Shown here one piece after another: positions 39,301-52,269 of a DNA stretch of 55,746 nt (its first letter is position 1; every line of letters begins with the position of its first letter). Both the position numbers and the translations under genes were made by a program. Where the stretch lies: contig NW_021833716.1 in assembly GCF_006345805.1 (NCBI RefSeq), positions 1 to 55,746 of the forward strand, written 5' to 3'. The DNA is from Octopus sinensis (taxonomy: Eukaryota). The notes beneath the pieces were generated by a model. That model was not told the DNA's origin, searched no databases, and saw only the letters and a list, made by a program, of their open reading frames with translations.

Positions 39301-40924
39301 TCTCCTTCTTTCCTTCTTTCCTCAGCTTCCAATAATACTATATTTGCTCCACATCCTCGCGTTGTTGTGTTTATTTGTGCTTTCTTGTTTGGATTAACTT
39401 TATGTATATAAGTATGTATGTATGTATGTACACACACCAGCATACACACACACACACATATGTACGCATGCATATAGAGTATGTTCAGAATGGGAGAGAG
39501 AGGAATTGGGAGAGACCAAGTTACAGACACAGAAAAAGAGATTTAAGTAGATAGAACCATGCCATCATCATCATCATCAGCGTCATTATCGTCATCAACA
39601 TTATCAACATCCTCCTCCTGCTCTTCCTCCTCCTCCTGCTTTCGTTACTGGTCCACCTCCTCCTCCACCTCCACCGCTCCTCCTCCTCTTTCTCCTTCTC
39701 CTCCTCAACCTTTTCCTCATAGTCATCATCATTAAAATCACCACCACCACCACCACCACCACCACCACCATCATCATCATCACCATCATCGTCATCATCA
39801 TCATCATCATCATCATCATCGTCATCATCATCGTTTCTTCCTCCTCTTTTTTTTCTATTATTCCTGTGCGGTCATGAATTTTATGGAAAATAAAATAGCA
39901 ATTAAGTAGAATGAACAACAGCAACAAGAACAAGAACACAACAAAATACCATTGTCATTAGTTCACCCCCTTCTCTCTCTCTCTCCTCTCTCTCTCCCTC
40001 TCTCGCTCTTCTCTCTCTCTCTCTCCCTCTCTATCTCCACACCCACCCACACACACACACGTTCTGTCTGTCTTTTTTGGTAAACGGTCAACGTTAGACT
40101 CATCAGTTATCATTTTGTTAAAATCCCAAAGGTCCGTCTTTCCCGAAATGGCCGTGTGTCACGTGTTTTCTGCCATATCTATCTCTGCAGGCAGGCGACT
40201 CTACCTTATGCAGCGTTCCACCCTGGCTACACCCTACCCAACTCACCACCACCACCACCAGCATTTCCCATATTGAACTCTGTTCGATGCACTTCTTCAA
40301 CCTGCGCTGTTAAATATCTCTCCTCCCCTCTCTCTCCATCTCTCCTCCTCTCTATTTCCCTCCTCTCCCTCTCTCCTTCTCTCTCCCCCCACACGCATAC
40401 ACAAATACACGATGAACGCGTGTGCTTGTGTGTGTATATCTTTGTATGCGTGTATATTTATATTATGTGTGTATGTATATATGTGTGCATGTATGTGTAT
40501 ATATACAACATTGCATACATGTGTATTTGTATGTATGTGTGTGCATATACATATATAGATAGATATAGATATAGATATGTACATTGGACAATATACATGT
40601 GTATGTAGATAAATGCATGCGGGCGTATATATGTGTGTATGTATATATATGTAAGTATGCACGAATGCATATATATATATAATGGTAAATATATACCATT
40701 TCATGTGCTTAACAATAGGAGCGGCTCAGATCTTCCATACAGACCAATTCCAATGTGCGCAGGGTATCATGAAAGTAAAAGCGTGTGGGGTGGCGTGTAT
40801 CGGCTAATCGAACAGAGATCTGTGTCACGTGACTATTATTCTATACCAGCCATCGAATAAACAACACGTGACGTACTAACCAACCGCAAATCGGATGGTT
40901 AGTATTAACATGTCTAAACAAATA

Positions 40925-41290
40925 TGGCGGTTAGCTGGCTGTCGATCGGCATTTCTTTTTAGTTCCTGAGATCAATCCACGCCAGGGTCAACTTTGACTT
41001 TCAGTCCTACGGGGTCAGTGAAAAAAGTACCAGTCATGTCCTGAGATCGATATAATTGAGTTCCTCTTCCTGAAAAATTCCAGAACTTCCGCTAATAGTA
41101 GAAACGATTCCGCTGAGGTCGATTTTGCCTGTCATTCTTTCAGGGGCGATACATTAAGTACCACTTGTGTACTGGGGTCGATGTCATCGACTAGTTCCCT
41201 CCCCTTAAGACTTCAGGCCTTGTGCCTATCGTAGAAGGGATTCAACAGACTAAACCTCTCCCCCACGAAACTGCTAGCCTTGTGTCTAAA
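40925..41290 (+). mobile_element. Cluster of degenerate S1 SINE pieces
   Basis: ggtcaactttgactttc..ggggtc..aagtaccagt and gaggtcgattttgcc..aagtaccacttgtgtactggggtcgatgtcatcgac..ggccttgtgcc. Confidence 0.65.
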
Positions 41291-41913
41291 TTAATAACAT
41301 TTAAAGGCATGTTGTCCCCCAGCGGATAGTCGATACAAGGGAGATAATCATTTCTTCATAATATTTGGTGGGATTCGAATTTGAAATTAAGGAATAAAGA
41401 AAAATCTATTTACACATTTAATTATTTTTTTCTTTGCTTTCTTATCACAAAGTTCTCGAAATTTCTAGGGCCGAGCATTAGGGAATCTCAGGGCATCTCA
41501 GTTGGCAAAGCAGACCACTATAGTCAAAAATTAAACGTTTGTCACCTCAAATCCATCTCGATACAATTAATTTATTTTAGATGCCCCAGCATGGCCACAG
41601 TCCAGCAACTAAAAGAAGTACAAGAAAAAAAGATATAGACATCAAATATCACAGCGAAGATTTGTTCACATTTTGACCTCCTGGTGTCGTTAGTAACGCT
41701 TCCGGTTTCCACGCTCATGCTTTCTACGTAAATTATGGTGGCGCTGCTCTTTCCAAAGTTTTACGTTCGGTTCTCTATTATTAATTTTACTCACGTCTCT
41801 CTATCTTAGTAAAAACTGATGGATAAAGAAATCAAACCAAATAAACGAACGACAGCAAAGCCGTTCAGAAATTAAATAACACTAACATATAAAATAGCAA
41901 TAATAAATTTAAT

Positions 41914-42312
41914 GGATCTTTTCGGTTTGAACGGCAGTTTTTTCTAGCGGTGTCATATGAAATTGTCACCCATAATTATGACCCTAGTATCGATCTATTG
42001 CATTTCAATCTGTTTTAGGGTTAGGGTTAGAGTTAGCGTTAGTTAGGGTTAGTTAGGGTTAGGGGTATCTTTTTTTCTTCAGAAATGTAAATAAACCCAA
42101 TCTGTTTCTTAAACGAGGGACATATTCATACGACACAAAATGTTTTCACCTAAATAGACGTTATTGATTGGTTGAAATTGCAAAAATTGAAGAAAAAAAC
42201 AACAGATATTTTACAAACTAGAAAAAACACATTCGACCAGTATACGAAGTTTAAAAGTGTTTAGTTACGTGGAAATTATTTTAAAAAACTGCCGGTCAAA
42301 CTGAATTTATCC
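41914..42312. mobile_element. MITE with about 30-bp imperfect TIRs and an internal TTAGGG tract
   Basis: ggatcttttcggtttgaacggcagtttttt / aaaaaactgccggtcaaactgaatttatcc; ttaggg-like repeats at about 42015-42064. Confidence 0.7.
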
Positions 42313-43075
42313 TCGACAATTTTTAGTTTTTCCAATTCTCAATAGATCGCTCCTGTTTAAAACCTCTTACCTGCTTGACAAAGGATAACAAATTTGCATC
42401 GAGTACATGACTTCTACGATTCTGGTTTCTTCATAGCTTATTTACAAACCCACTCAGACTCACCCCAATGTTAGGACCAACATATTTTCCAGCGGAAATT
42501 GTTTTGGATTTTCATTAAAGACTCGTGGTTGCGTGGTTAAAACGTTCTGTTTGCAACCAGATGATCTTTGGTTCAGTTTCACTGCACGACATTTTGGATA
42601 AGTGTCATCTACAGTTTTAAGGATACAAGTATGGAATGCTTTTTACCTCAGTGGGCGGCTGGATTACGGCGGACCTAAAATCAGTCAATAACAACAAGAT
42701 TGACAACGAAGCGATGTTTCCAACCATGCTACATCAATTTCTTACTTCGACAGAAGTACAAATTTTAAAGGAGTTCGTACTACCGATCAGGATTGATCAA
42801 AAAGTATTTAAAAAATACACCCCAAGCAAAGACGATATTCTGATTGGAATTTGAACTCGAAACGTAAGACACACATGCGCGCGCGTTTATATACACACAT
42901 ATATAAAATATACATACTGGTCCTACATGTAAATAGAGAGAAAACAAAGACGGACAATTTTCAGACGAGTAATATTCAAGTATAAATATATAGATATTTA
43001 TATATTAGCTGCGCAATCTTACACAGACTACAAGGACACCGAAACTTAAAGGGGAGACGGTGCGATGTTACATGT

Positions 43076-43196
43076 CCGATAGCTGTTTCTGGGGGTTCAG
43101 ACTTACTTGATAATATTGGCATATGTAGTCCCCAAAAATATGCAACCGATAAGTGAAACATAAACATTGGGTAGTCTGGCCTCCGTCTTCAGGGTG
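43076..43196 (-). ncRNA. Degenerate hammerhead motif with long stem II insert
   Basis: Minus strand cc-CUGAAGA-cggagg...ccccca-GAAA-CAGCUA-UC-gg; one change away from the ACAGCUGU palindrome. Confidence 0.4.
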
Positions 43197-44100
43197 GAGA
43201 GATATACAAAAACAGGGTGGAACATTTCAACTCATAATGCAGGAAGTTTATACATGTACTCTGCCATTAAATTTCCCTACCTTATGATTTGGGTGCAGCA
43301 GAAAAACCTTCCATATTTTATACAGCTATTAGCGTGGCACTAATGAAGCTAGGTTAATGACAATGGAGTCTTCATGTAGCGAATGGTTTACCATATTGTT
43401 CAGAATCATCATCAGCGTTTTGAACGTTTATCAAAAATGGTAAATGGGAGGTAGTTTTACCGCACCTTGTATTTTTCAAAGTGGTAGTCACGGTGGGAAT
43501 CGCTTTTATGATAAGTTTGCTGATCAGAGTTGCATTAGGGTACAACAACAATAATAACTGCTAAAATAATAGCAACGATAATCAGATAATGTGAAAACGA
43601 TTAAAATGACCCTGGAAGGTTAAACAGCTAAATCGATTCCATCGGGATTTGAACTGGAATCATAAAATGAGGGGTCGAAAACTAAATAAGTAAAGCATTT
43701 AATTCTATACTCTGCCGTTTTCTGTCAAACCCGCCGCCTTAATAAATAAATAAGTAAATAAATAAATAAGTAAATAAATAAATAAAACGAAAGACAATGA
43801 GAATATAAAAGAAAAGAATGAAGACGAAGACAAGAAGACAAACAGCAATAAGAATATAATATTAAAAAAGAAGCTATGATGACAATAACATCAACAACAA
43901 TGAAGTCACGTGCAAGCGTTTCTGGACAATTGGTTCAGTGAAGTAATTTGTTTATTAAATAACAGTAATGAGGGGACTTGAGAGAAAATGAGGCGAAAGG
44001 GAAGACATTTGCAGCAATTAAATTGGTAAACATGAGTTTATAAAGGGAGTGGGAGGGAATACGAGAGAAAAGAAGTAGTGAGAGGTGGTGTATAAAATGA

Positions 44101-44374
44101 GAGGGTGTGAGATAAGAAAAAGACGTGTTAAAGGGGGATGATGAAGGGGAGGAAGGAGAGGAGCGAGTTGAAAACAGGAGAACGGAGAGAGAGGTAGCGG
44201 ACAATGGGTTAAGAAAAGTGGTAGTGAGAGGGGGTGAGATAAGAGAAAGACGTGTTAAAGGAGAGTGATGAAGGGGAGGAAGGAGAGGAGCGAGTTGAAA
44301 ACATGAGAACGGAGAGAGAGGTGGCGGACAATGGGTTAAGAAAAGTGGTAGTACGATGGGAGGGGGTGAGATAA
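44101..44374. repeat. About 128-bp purine-rich tandem duplication (2 copies + partial)
   Basis: gtgagataag..aagacgtgttaaagg..ggaaggagaggagcgagttgaaaac..ggacaatgggttaagaaaagtggtagt occurs twice. Confidence 0.85.
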
Positions 44375-45115
44375 CATAAGTACATGAAAGAGGGGGAGGA
44401 AGGGGAAGAGGTTAGGGAACGCGTGGAAAAGACAAGGAGAGAGAGAGAGAGGGAGGGGGAGGGTGATAAATGTAAATTAATAGTGGGAGGGGGAGAAAAT
44501 GAGTAAAAAAGGCAGACGACACAGTATAAAGCAGACGACCAGATGTAGAAGTAAAGACGAGCTGTGATTGGCGAGTGATGTGTGTGTAGGGCGGCTGCAT
44601 ATTATGTGTGTGTGTGATAGACTGTGTGTTATATATGTGTGTTTTCAGGATTGTTATATATAAATCTATGTGTGTGTGTGTGTGTGTGGAGGGGTTTTAT
44701 ATATTATGTGTGTATGGTGCTCTGTGTGTGTGGGAGTGTGTCGGTAAGAGTGTGTGCCATATATTATGTATGTGTGTGTGGAAGGATTTTTATGTTATTG
44801 TGTGGTGGGGTGTTATGTGTTTGTATAAGTATGTGAGTGATGGACTGTCAGTCGCCTGTGTGTAAGAGTGCTATACGTAATATATGTGTGCTTGTGTGTG
44901 TGTGTGCGGAAGATGGGGGAATATGTGTATGTAAGTGAGAGAGAGAGAGAGAGAGAATAGAGAACCCCTCTTCTTTGTTGCAAACCCTTTTATTATAACG
45001 AGGACAAAATGTCGGACCAAGATTCTTCCTTTCATTTCTTACATTTAATATAAGGTGACATATTGAAATGAAGGAAGGGGCAAAGTGCTCTAAGTATTGA
45101 CGCCCCTAACTTTGG

Positions 45116-45172
<57 letters not shown>

Positions 45173-45272
45173 GATTTTGTCGTTGTTCAACCCCAGGTCA
45201 ATACTAAGTCCAGCAGACAGACGATCAAATGAATAATTGCAGCCGTGACCACACTGTAGTTTTAGGAGGATA

Positions 45273-45509
45273 TTCCTCGATGGAGACCTGTCGAAAGTTA
45301 GCGAAAAAATTAGTCAAAAACGGCTGCCACTATCTGGTCACTGGAAGCTGCGCCAACGTGGACTGGAAGCTTCTAAATTAGTCTACTGGAATTCTCTTCA
45401 TAAGAAGAGGAAAACGGCGTCACACATCGACAACTTGGTCGCAGACATTGGCCTGGAAGGTATGCAAGACCTTGAAACAGTGAGGTTGAACCGAGAAATG
45501 CGGCCATAA
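45273..45509 (+). mobile_element. RTE-type LINE C-terminal fragment
   Basis: Open frame without a start: FLDGDLSKVSEKISQKRLPLSGHW..ASKLVYWNSLHKKRKTASHIDNLVADIGLEGMQDLETVRLNREMR; resembles the RTE C-terminal R.RL.GH..LVLW..IDNL..D.GL pattern. Confidence 0.7.
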
Positions 45510-45719
45510 TAATAAAACAGGAAGATGCAGGGCTGTGGATCATAAATCTGGTGGTAGCTCGAGAGAGAAGTTTCTGCAAATTCTTACTAAATAATCAGCA
45601 CAGATGATTTGTTTATAGTGAGTAAAATGTATGTGCCATACATTAACTCATTTCCCCTTCATTACATCAAAGTTGTCTTTACAGGTGCACAAGTGTGTCA
45701 CCCGTCAGATGTCGATGTG

Positions 45720-45830
45720 GTTGCCGAGGAACGCGAATGAAAGTATTTTGTTCAAGAATACAATGCACTGCCCGGGAATTGAAACCACGATCTCATGATA
45801 GTGAGTGCAACACTCTAACCACTAGTCTAT
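45720..45830 (-). mobile_element. Degenerate S3 SINE head
   Basis: Minus strand tagtggttagagtg..gtggtttcaattcc..ttgtattcttgaacaaaatacttt. Confidence 0.6.
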
Positions 45831-47953
45831 TTACCTTCGTTTGTGTGTGTGCGCGCGTGTGTGTGTGTGTGTAGCCGTGCTTCACACGGAATATTTTTTT
45901 TAAATGCTTCAAATGCAAAAAAGAAAAAAGAAAAACAAAATTCGCAAAAAATGGAGGGAGATCTATTACTGAACATGGCTTCATTAATCATATTAATGAT
46001 TCATTAATCATATTTGTGTATAACAACGAAAAAAACAATATTTTCATGACAATCAATCATTAGCTTATAGATTTTCCAAGTCCTTAACTTACATGTTCTA
46101 AAATCCACCGTGTAACGATATATCTCTTGCGGAACACAGAGTAAAATCTGCTGTTCTCATATTATGTTAGAAAAGTATCATACAGGATGATCACAAAAGA
46201 AAAGTTCTCTTATCATGCGTTCGTCTGCTCGATTAGCGAGTTCACAGATTAGTCTCAAACGCAATGAGCTGCTAGATTCATTTGGGCGTTCGACAAACAG
46301 CTTAACGGCATTTCTTTCTGCTCTCTACGCTATGATTTCAAATTCCACCGAGGTCAGTCGTCCCTTTCATCATTCCAGGGATCGATAAGATAAAGAATCT
46401 GCTAAGCACTAGGCTCCCTGAAATCAACTAACCATTTCCTTTTGAAAGTACTTGCCTTGTGCCAAAACGTTACGACACAATTTTTTTTCAGAAGAAGAAA
46501 GAGTTGATGTGATGTTACTTTGGTTGAAAGCAAAGGTGAGACCACAATTTTCTGTCCCTGTTTATTACTATGTGATAAAGGTTAATGGTCCGAAGCGTCT
46601 GTTTTTTTTTTCTTTTTTTTTTACATTTCACTGTAATTAAAATTACAGAATTCTTCTGCGAGCGCCCCTTGCGGCAAATTATTGCAGACCATTTTCAGCG
46701 TTATTGAATTCCGGACATTGTCACGCATGCTCAGTGAGGGCATGGAGTTGAACATCGATAACAACAACAACAATTGGTCTTATGTTACTTTATATTAATC
46801 AAGATAAAGAGGCTGTTAATATCCTTGATGAAACGGAGCCAGAAATTTTTGCTAATTATAGCAAACGTAATTATTTTAGAAGTTCATTTCAATCAAAGAA
46901 AACAAGGGACGTAACCGAGAATTCAAACTATAAGTGCTATGGCGGTGGCGTGGGTCTTTTATAAATGTTTATTATTAAACGTACATTGTGCCAAGGGACC
47001 AAGTAGGTAATTAGGGACACAGATAAATACTGTGAAGGGAAATAACTGAGGAAAGGTCGTTGATCACCTGTATTGAGGGTTCCTCCATGCTTAGAGACAT
47101 GTTGTTATTTAGACCCTGGTGAGCTCTGATTGAGAAGTTCTAGAAATGGCACCCTAAACCCTAAGAATCCTTTCTATCCATATCTTACATAATATCTTAC
47201 TTAATATATCCTTTCTTTGTGAAAAAAAATAGTTGTGAGATTTAAGTGAACGTTAACTGCTATTTCTAACTTGATCGACCTCATTGCGGTCGTTTTAATT
47301 GTTGTTGCTTAATCCAGACTAGTTCTGCTTATGGAAACATAGAATAAAGGATCTTTCGGTGTCCCAACTGATTTTGCTATTTGTAGCATTTCGAATGGTT
47401 GCGCAGAAGGTCCCTCGGTATTTGGACGCTCATTTAGTTGTTTATTGCCATTTTATGCTAGTCCACTTTGAAAGTTGTTCTGATTTTTTGTGGGGGAAAC
47501 TCTCTGAAATGTACCTGTATATTTCAAATTATTATTGGGGTTATTGCTGTCAAGTGGTTGGGTGTTGTGGGTTTTGCTCTCCCTGCCCCATCGGCTTTGG
47601 CCTGCGGATTTTGGCTGAAATGTATTCTTGCTGAACCCGGGTGGTTTCTACTTCAGGGGGATCTTGATTTGTGGCTCTGCCACTTGGGCTGTCCTTTTTT
47701 GCTCTATCCATGGGGGATGGATTCTGGTTTCCATTGGACTTGATAGGCTAGTCTATGAAATTAACACCCCCCTCCCAGTAATGAATCTAAATATAAAAGT
47801 AAAATCAATGATAAGCAGTGTCTTCCTGTGAAAAGATACCAGTTACAACTATGAAATTTGTTCTTTGTATATCTACTTATCCTCTTTGTGATTTTTATTA
47901 ATAGAATAACTATACAAATGAATTCTTTGAATTTAACTAAATTCTATATTTTT

Positions 47954-48043
47954 ATGCAGCTGAAGATTGCTCTACATTTTAAAACTGATGTAATATTTAC
48001 ATTGTTCAATTAAATGGAGTCGCATGAAACGATCGTACTGCAT
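47954..48043 (+). ncRNA. Type I hammerhead motif, family B
   Basis: Perfect stem I AUGCAG/CUGCAU; CUGAAGA; U-UGC...GCA-U; GAAA-CGAUCG-UA with ACGAUCGU palindrome; GUA triplet. The repeat runs to about 48070 and then enters TA-rich sequence. Confidence 0.7.
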
Positions 48044-48216
48044 TACCTCTGGATATCCTTATTGCTTATATATGTATATATGTAAACATTATTTATATGT
48101 ATGTATGTGTATATATATGTGTGTGTGTGTGTGTGGATAGATATGTGTATTTATATATCATGCGCGATTGAGGCGAGGTACTTTTCGGATTGTTAGACTT
48201 TGCGAAAAATGTATAT

Positions 48217-48580
48217 TCTTTTATTCTCTTATTCTTTCACTTGTTTGACTGCGGCCAAGCTGGGGCACCACCTGGAATAATTTTAGTTGGTCGAAGCGAC
48301 ACTTGTACCTATTTTAAAGCTTGGTGATTATTCAATTTTTTCTCCTTTACCGAACCGCTAGGTTACGGGGATATAAACACACCAATATCGTTTGCCAAGC
48401 GGTGGTGTATGACAAACACAGACACAAACACGCACACCCACAGAGCTTCCCTCAATCCAAATCAACTCACAAGGCCTTAGTCGCCCGAGGGCTTTTATAG
48501 AAGATACCCGCCGAAGGTGCCACGCAGTGGGACTGAACCCAAAATAACATAGTTGGGAAGCAAACATCTTACCACAGAGC
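48217..48580 (-). mobile_element. Degenerate S2 SINE
   Basis: ttgactgcggccaagctgg..ccgaaccgctaggttacgggg..aggtgccacgcagtgggactgaaccc. Confidence 0.75.
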
Positions 48581-48674
48581 CAATCGGGAAAAATTCCCTC
48601 TATACGTTTCCAGTTATGGTAAGAACGGCAATAACAATGAAACTATATTTTATTAATGAAGTCTTTTATTAAGG

Positions 48675-48892
48675 AAGGCGGTGAGCTGGCAGAATCGTTA
48701 GCATGCCGGGAGAAATGCGTAGCCGTATTTCGTCTGCCGTTACGTTCTGAGTTCAAATTCCGCCGAGGTCGACTTTGCCTTTCAGCCTTTCGGGGTCGAT
48801 AAATTAAGTACCAGTTACGCACTGGGGTCGATATAATCGACTTAATCCGTTTGTCTGTCCTTGTTTGTCCCCTTGTGGGTACTAAAGAAATA
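48675..48892 (+). mobile_element. Young full-length S1 SINE with 19-bp TSD
   Basis: A-box region ggtgagctggcagaatcgttagc, B box gagttcaaattcc, central gtcgactttgcctttc..ggggtcgataaattaagtaccag; TSD tattttattaatgaagtct at 48646-48664 and 48895-48913. Confidence 0.9.
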
Positions 48893-49640
48893 GGTATTTT
48901 ATTAATGAAGTCTAAAAGACGGAAATATGTCCAAAGTTATCGCCGTATTTCCAAGAATCAAACCCATTCCTCACTCCATTTTAGATTTTGCTTAATTTTA
49001 AGTAATATAAATTTCTGTATTGTCCCCTTTGTCTGTTAGCGATGAGTCCCATTCTTAACAACACTCTAGACTTTGGTTAAATTTCGGGATCACCTCCCGT
49101 GTTCGCTAAGGATCCGTGTTTGTTCATTCTTTGCTGCATTCAGGTTTTTGGTTAATTTCAATTAATTTTAAGAAATTTAACTTCCGTGTTTGTCTCCCTT
49201 GTCTTTCTTCACCAGAATTAGTAATTTAGAAAATGCTATTTCCTTATCATTCAGGATGTTGTTTGATTTAATTAACAATAAATACCCTGTCAGCATAGAA
49301 AGAGGCGATGCTCACGGATAGTATTGCCCCTTAAATCGTGAGTCTGCTCGGTCGGGGATTCGGGGATGACAAGGGAATTAACAACAAGAAAAATAAGCAG
49401 GACCTTCGAAAATACATTCCCACCACGACCACCACCACTACCACGACGACGACCACCACCACAACCACCGCCACCACCACCACCACCACCACCTCCTCCA
49501 CACAGCCACCACCGCTTTTGCTTGCTATCTCTCCCCACTTCTCTCTCACTCTCTCACACTGACATTCTTTCTTTATCTCTTTTTTCTGGCTTATTGTCTA
49601 TCACTGTTGTATGATCTCTTTGACTGTTTGTCTGTCTGTT

Positions 49641-49695
<55 letters not shown>

Positions 49696-49905
49696 TTCTT
49701 CTTAAATAGCTATTTATCTATTTAACAACATTAATTCTCTTTCTCCTACACTTACATACTATCTCTTACTATTTCTTTTTCTCTCACCCTCTCTCTCCTT
49801 CTCTCTCTCCCTCTATCTCCCTCTTTCTCTCCCCCTCTCTCCCCCTCTCTCTCTCTCTCTCACATACGTGCACACACTCTCTCTCACCGCATCTCTCAGT
49901 ATTCC

Positions 49906-49938
<33 letters not shown>

Positions 49939-50026
49939 GATGCGATATCTTTGACTTCCTATCTGTCTGACTGTTACTCTCTTCCCACCCTCCCCCTCTC
50001 TCTCACCTTCTCTCTTTCTGTCTCTC

Positions 50027-50066
<40 letters not shown>

Positions 50067-50244
50067 TCTCTGTTTCCAACCTCTCACTCTTCTTCCTTAC
50101 CACAATCCATCCCCCCACCCCACCCGCGCCCCTTCACCAGCAGCCTGGTCAAACCGATCAAATCAAAACCAATATAAATCTAATAAAATAAAATAAAATA
50201 AAATAAAATAAAATAAAATAAAATAAAAATAAAACCAACAAAGC

Positions 50245-50279
<35 letters not shown>

Positions 50280-50954
50280 CCATAACAACAATAACCCAAA
50301 CCACTGCATCGCATAACCAGCCGCCGTTCCCTCACACCGCAGCTCGTTCTTCGGTAACCTCCGCCTCACCGCTTCACCCTCTTTCTTTCTTTCTTTCTTA
50401 TTTCAGGCCTGCCACCCTACAGGCCCTACCTCACCCCCACCCCTTATCCGTAATCAAAGTGCGATAGGCCGAAATATAAACCAGACGCCAGATTAAGTAA
50501 TTGGAGCCGCCGAGTATTAAGTGAGGGCGGCTGGGATGATGGCGGGGATGCGGGGGTGGCGGTTGATTTGAGAAACGCTGGAGCACAGAGGGTAACATGA
50601 TATAGATATATATGTGTGTGAGTATGTGTGTGTGTATGTGTGTGTGTTTGTACATGTATGAGTGCATATATGTGTAAGTGTAAATGTGCATCTGTGTATA
50701 TGTATGTACATATTCGTGTGTGGAAACATACATATTCATTTATTATATATAATATATATATAATATATATATATATATTATATATATAATATATATAATA
50801 TATATATACATATATATACATACATTATATATATATATATGAATCTATATGATAATCAATAGATATGGAAACGATATTGTAGGGAGGAGGGGTTGGGGTG
50901 AAGCGGTAAAAAGCAGAAAGTATAAATGGATGCCGATAACACATAACATATAAA

Positions 50955-50990
<36 letters not shown>

Positions 50991-51241
50991 TTATATATAT
51001 ACAGACACAAATACATATTCATATGTGTGTGTGTGTCTATGTGTATGTATGTGTACATATATGTATGCGTGGGGGTTATATATGAATACACGCACACACC
51101 CAAACGCATATATATATATATATATATGTACATGCATATATACAAAAGGATAGAGAGGGAGAGAGAGAGAGAGAGAGACAGACAGATGCGTCTGTGGATG
51201 CCTATGTAGTCCAGGATGTTATGGCCTGTTTGTGTGTGCGC

Positions 51242-51280
<39 letters not shown>

Positions 51281-51336
51281 TGTGTGTGCATGTGTGCGTG
51301 TGGGGGAGTTTGAAAAGACTAAAAAAGGTAGGTGTG

Positions 51337-51383
<47 letters not shown>

Positions 51384-51384
51384 C

Positions 51385-51415
<31 letters not shown>

Positions 51416-51756
51416 AAGAAGAAGAAGAAGAAGAAGAAGAAGAAAACGATGAGAGTGAGATGTGGTGGGGTAGATGAAATAAAAAGATGGAGGAGTTGAA
51501 GTGGGTAACAGTGGGGTTGGTGAGGGGGGTGGTTAATGTGAAGGTGGTTTGATGGTGGTGGTGGTGGTGGTGAGGAGGAGGAGGGAGGTTTGTTTAAATG
51601 ATGTTTGTTCTAAATTAATAAACAACTCCACGGACAGCAATTAATCCGAAACAATCTCCACGTTACACTCCACCTCGTTTCCCAAGTTTAAGCCACTTCG
51701 TAACCCCACGCTTCCTGCTCCGTTTAAGAGCAATTATGGACAATTTTTACTGGTGG

Positions 51757-51787
<31 letters not shown>

Positions 51788-52269
51788 GATGGATGGATGG
51801 GTGGATGGACGGGAGGGAGGTCATGGGAAGCCGGTCGGGACGTCGAATGAAGGATCAATTGACTTCGTGTATGGAATGGATACGTGGATTAGCTTTTTGG
51901 ATGATAGGAGAGAAGAATAAATGGATAAACACATGGATAGATGTGTGTCTCGTGGGTTGGATGATGAAGTGCGTACGCGCATGCGTGCCTGTGTGTGTAC
52001 GCGCGCGCACGCACGTATCTATGTCATATATACGTGCGTGTGAGTGAGCATATGTGTGTGTGTGTGTATGCGTGTGCCTTTGTGTGTGTGTGTGTGTGTG
52101 AGTACATTAATGTTTGTTTTTATACCGAATTATATATATACATATGCACACACATACGTATAGAATGTATGCATGTATGTATACATACATACATAAATGT
52201 ATATATATTCTTTTATTCTCTTATGTTTCAGCCCTAAGGCTGTGGCCATGCTGTAGCTATTATCCTCTC

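Noticed and set aside
46660-46740. CTCF-like gcgccccttgcggc and NRF1-like acgcatgctcag motifs
   Set aside because: Both deviate from consensus at key positions and have no other support.
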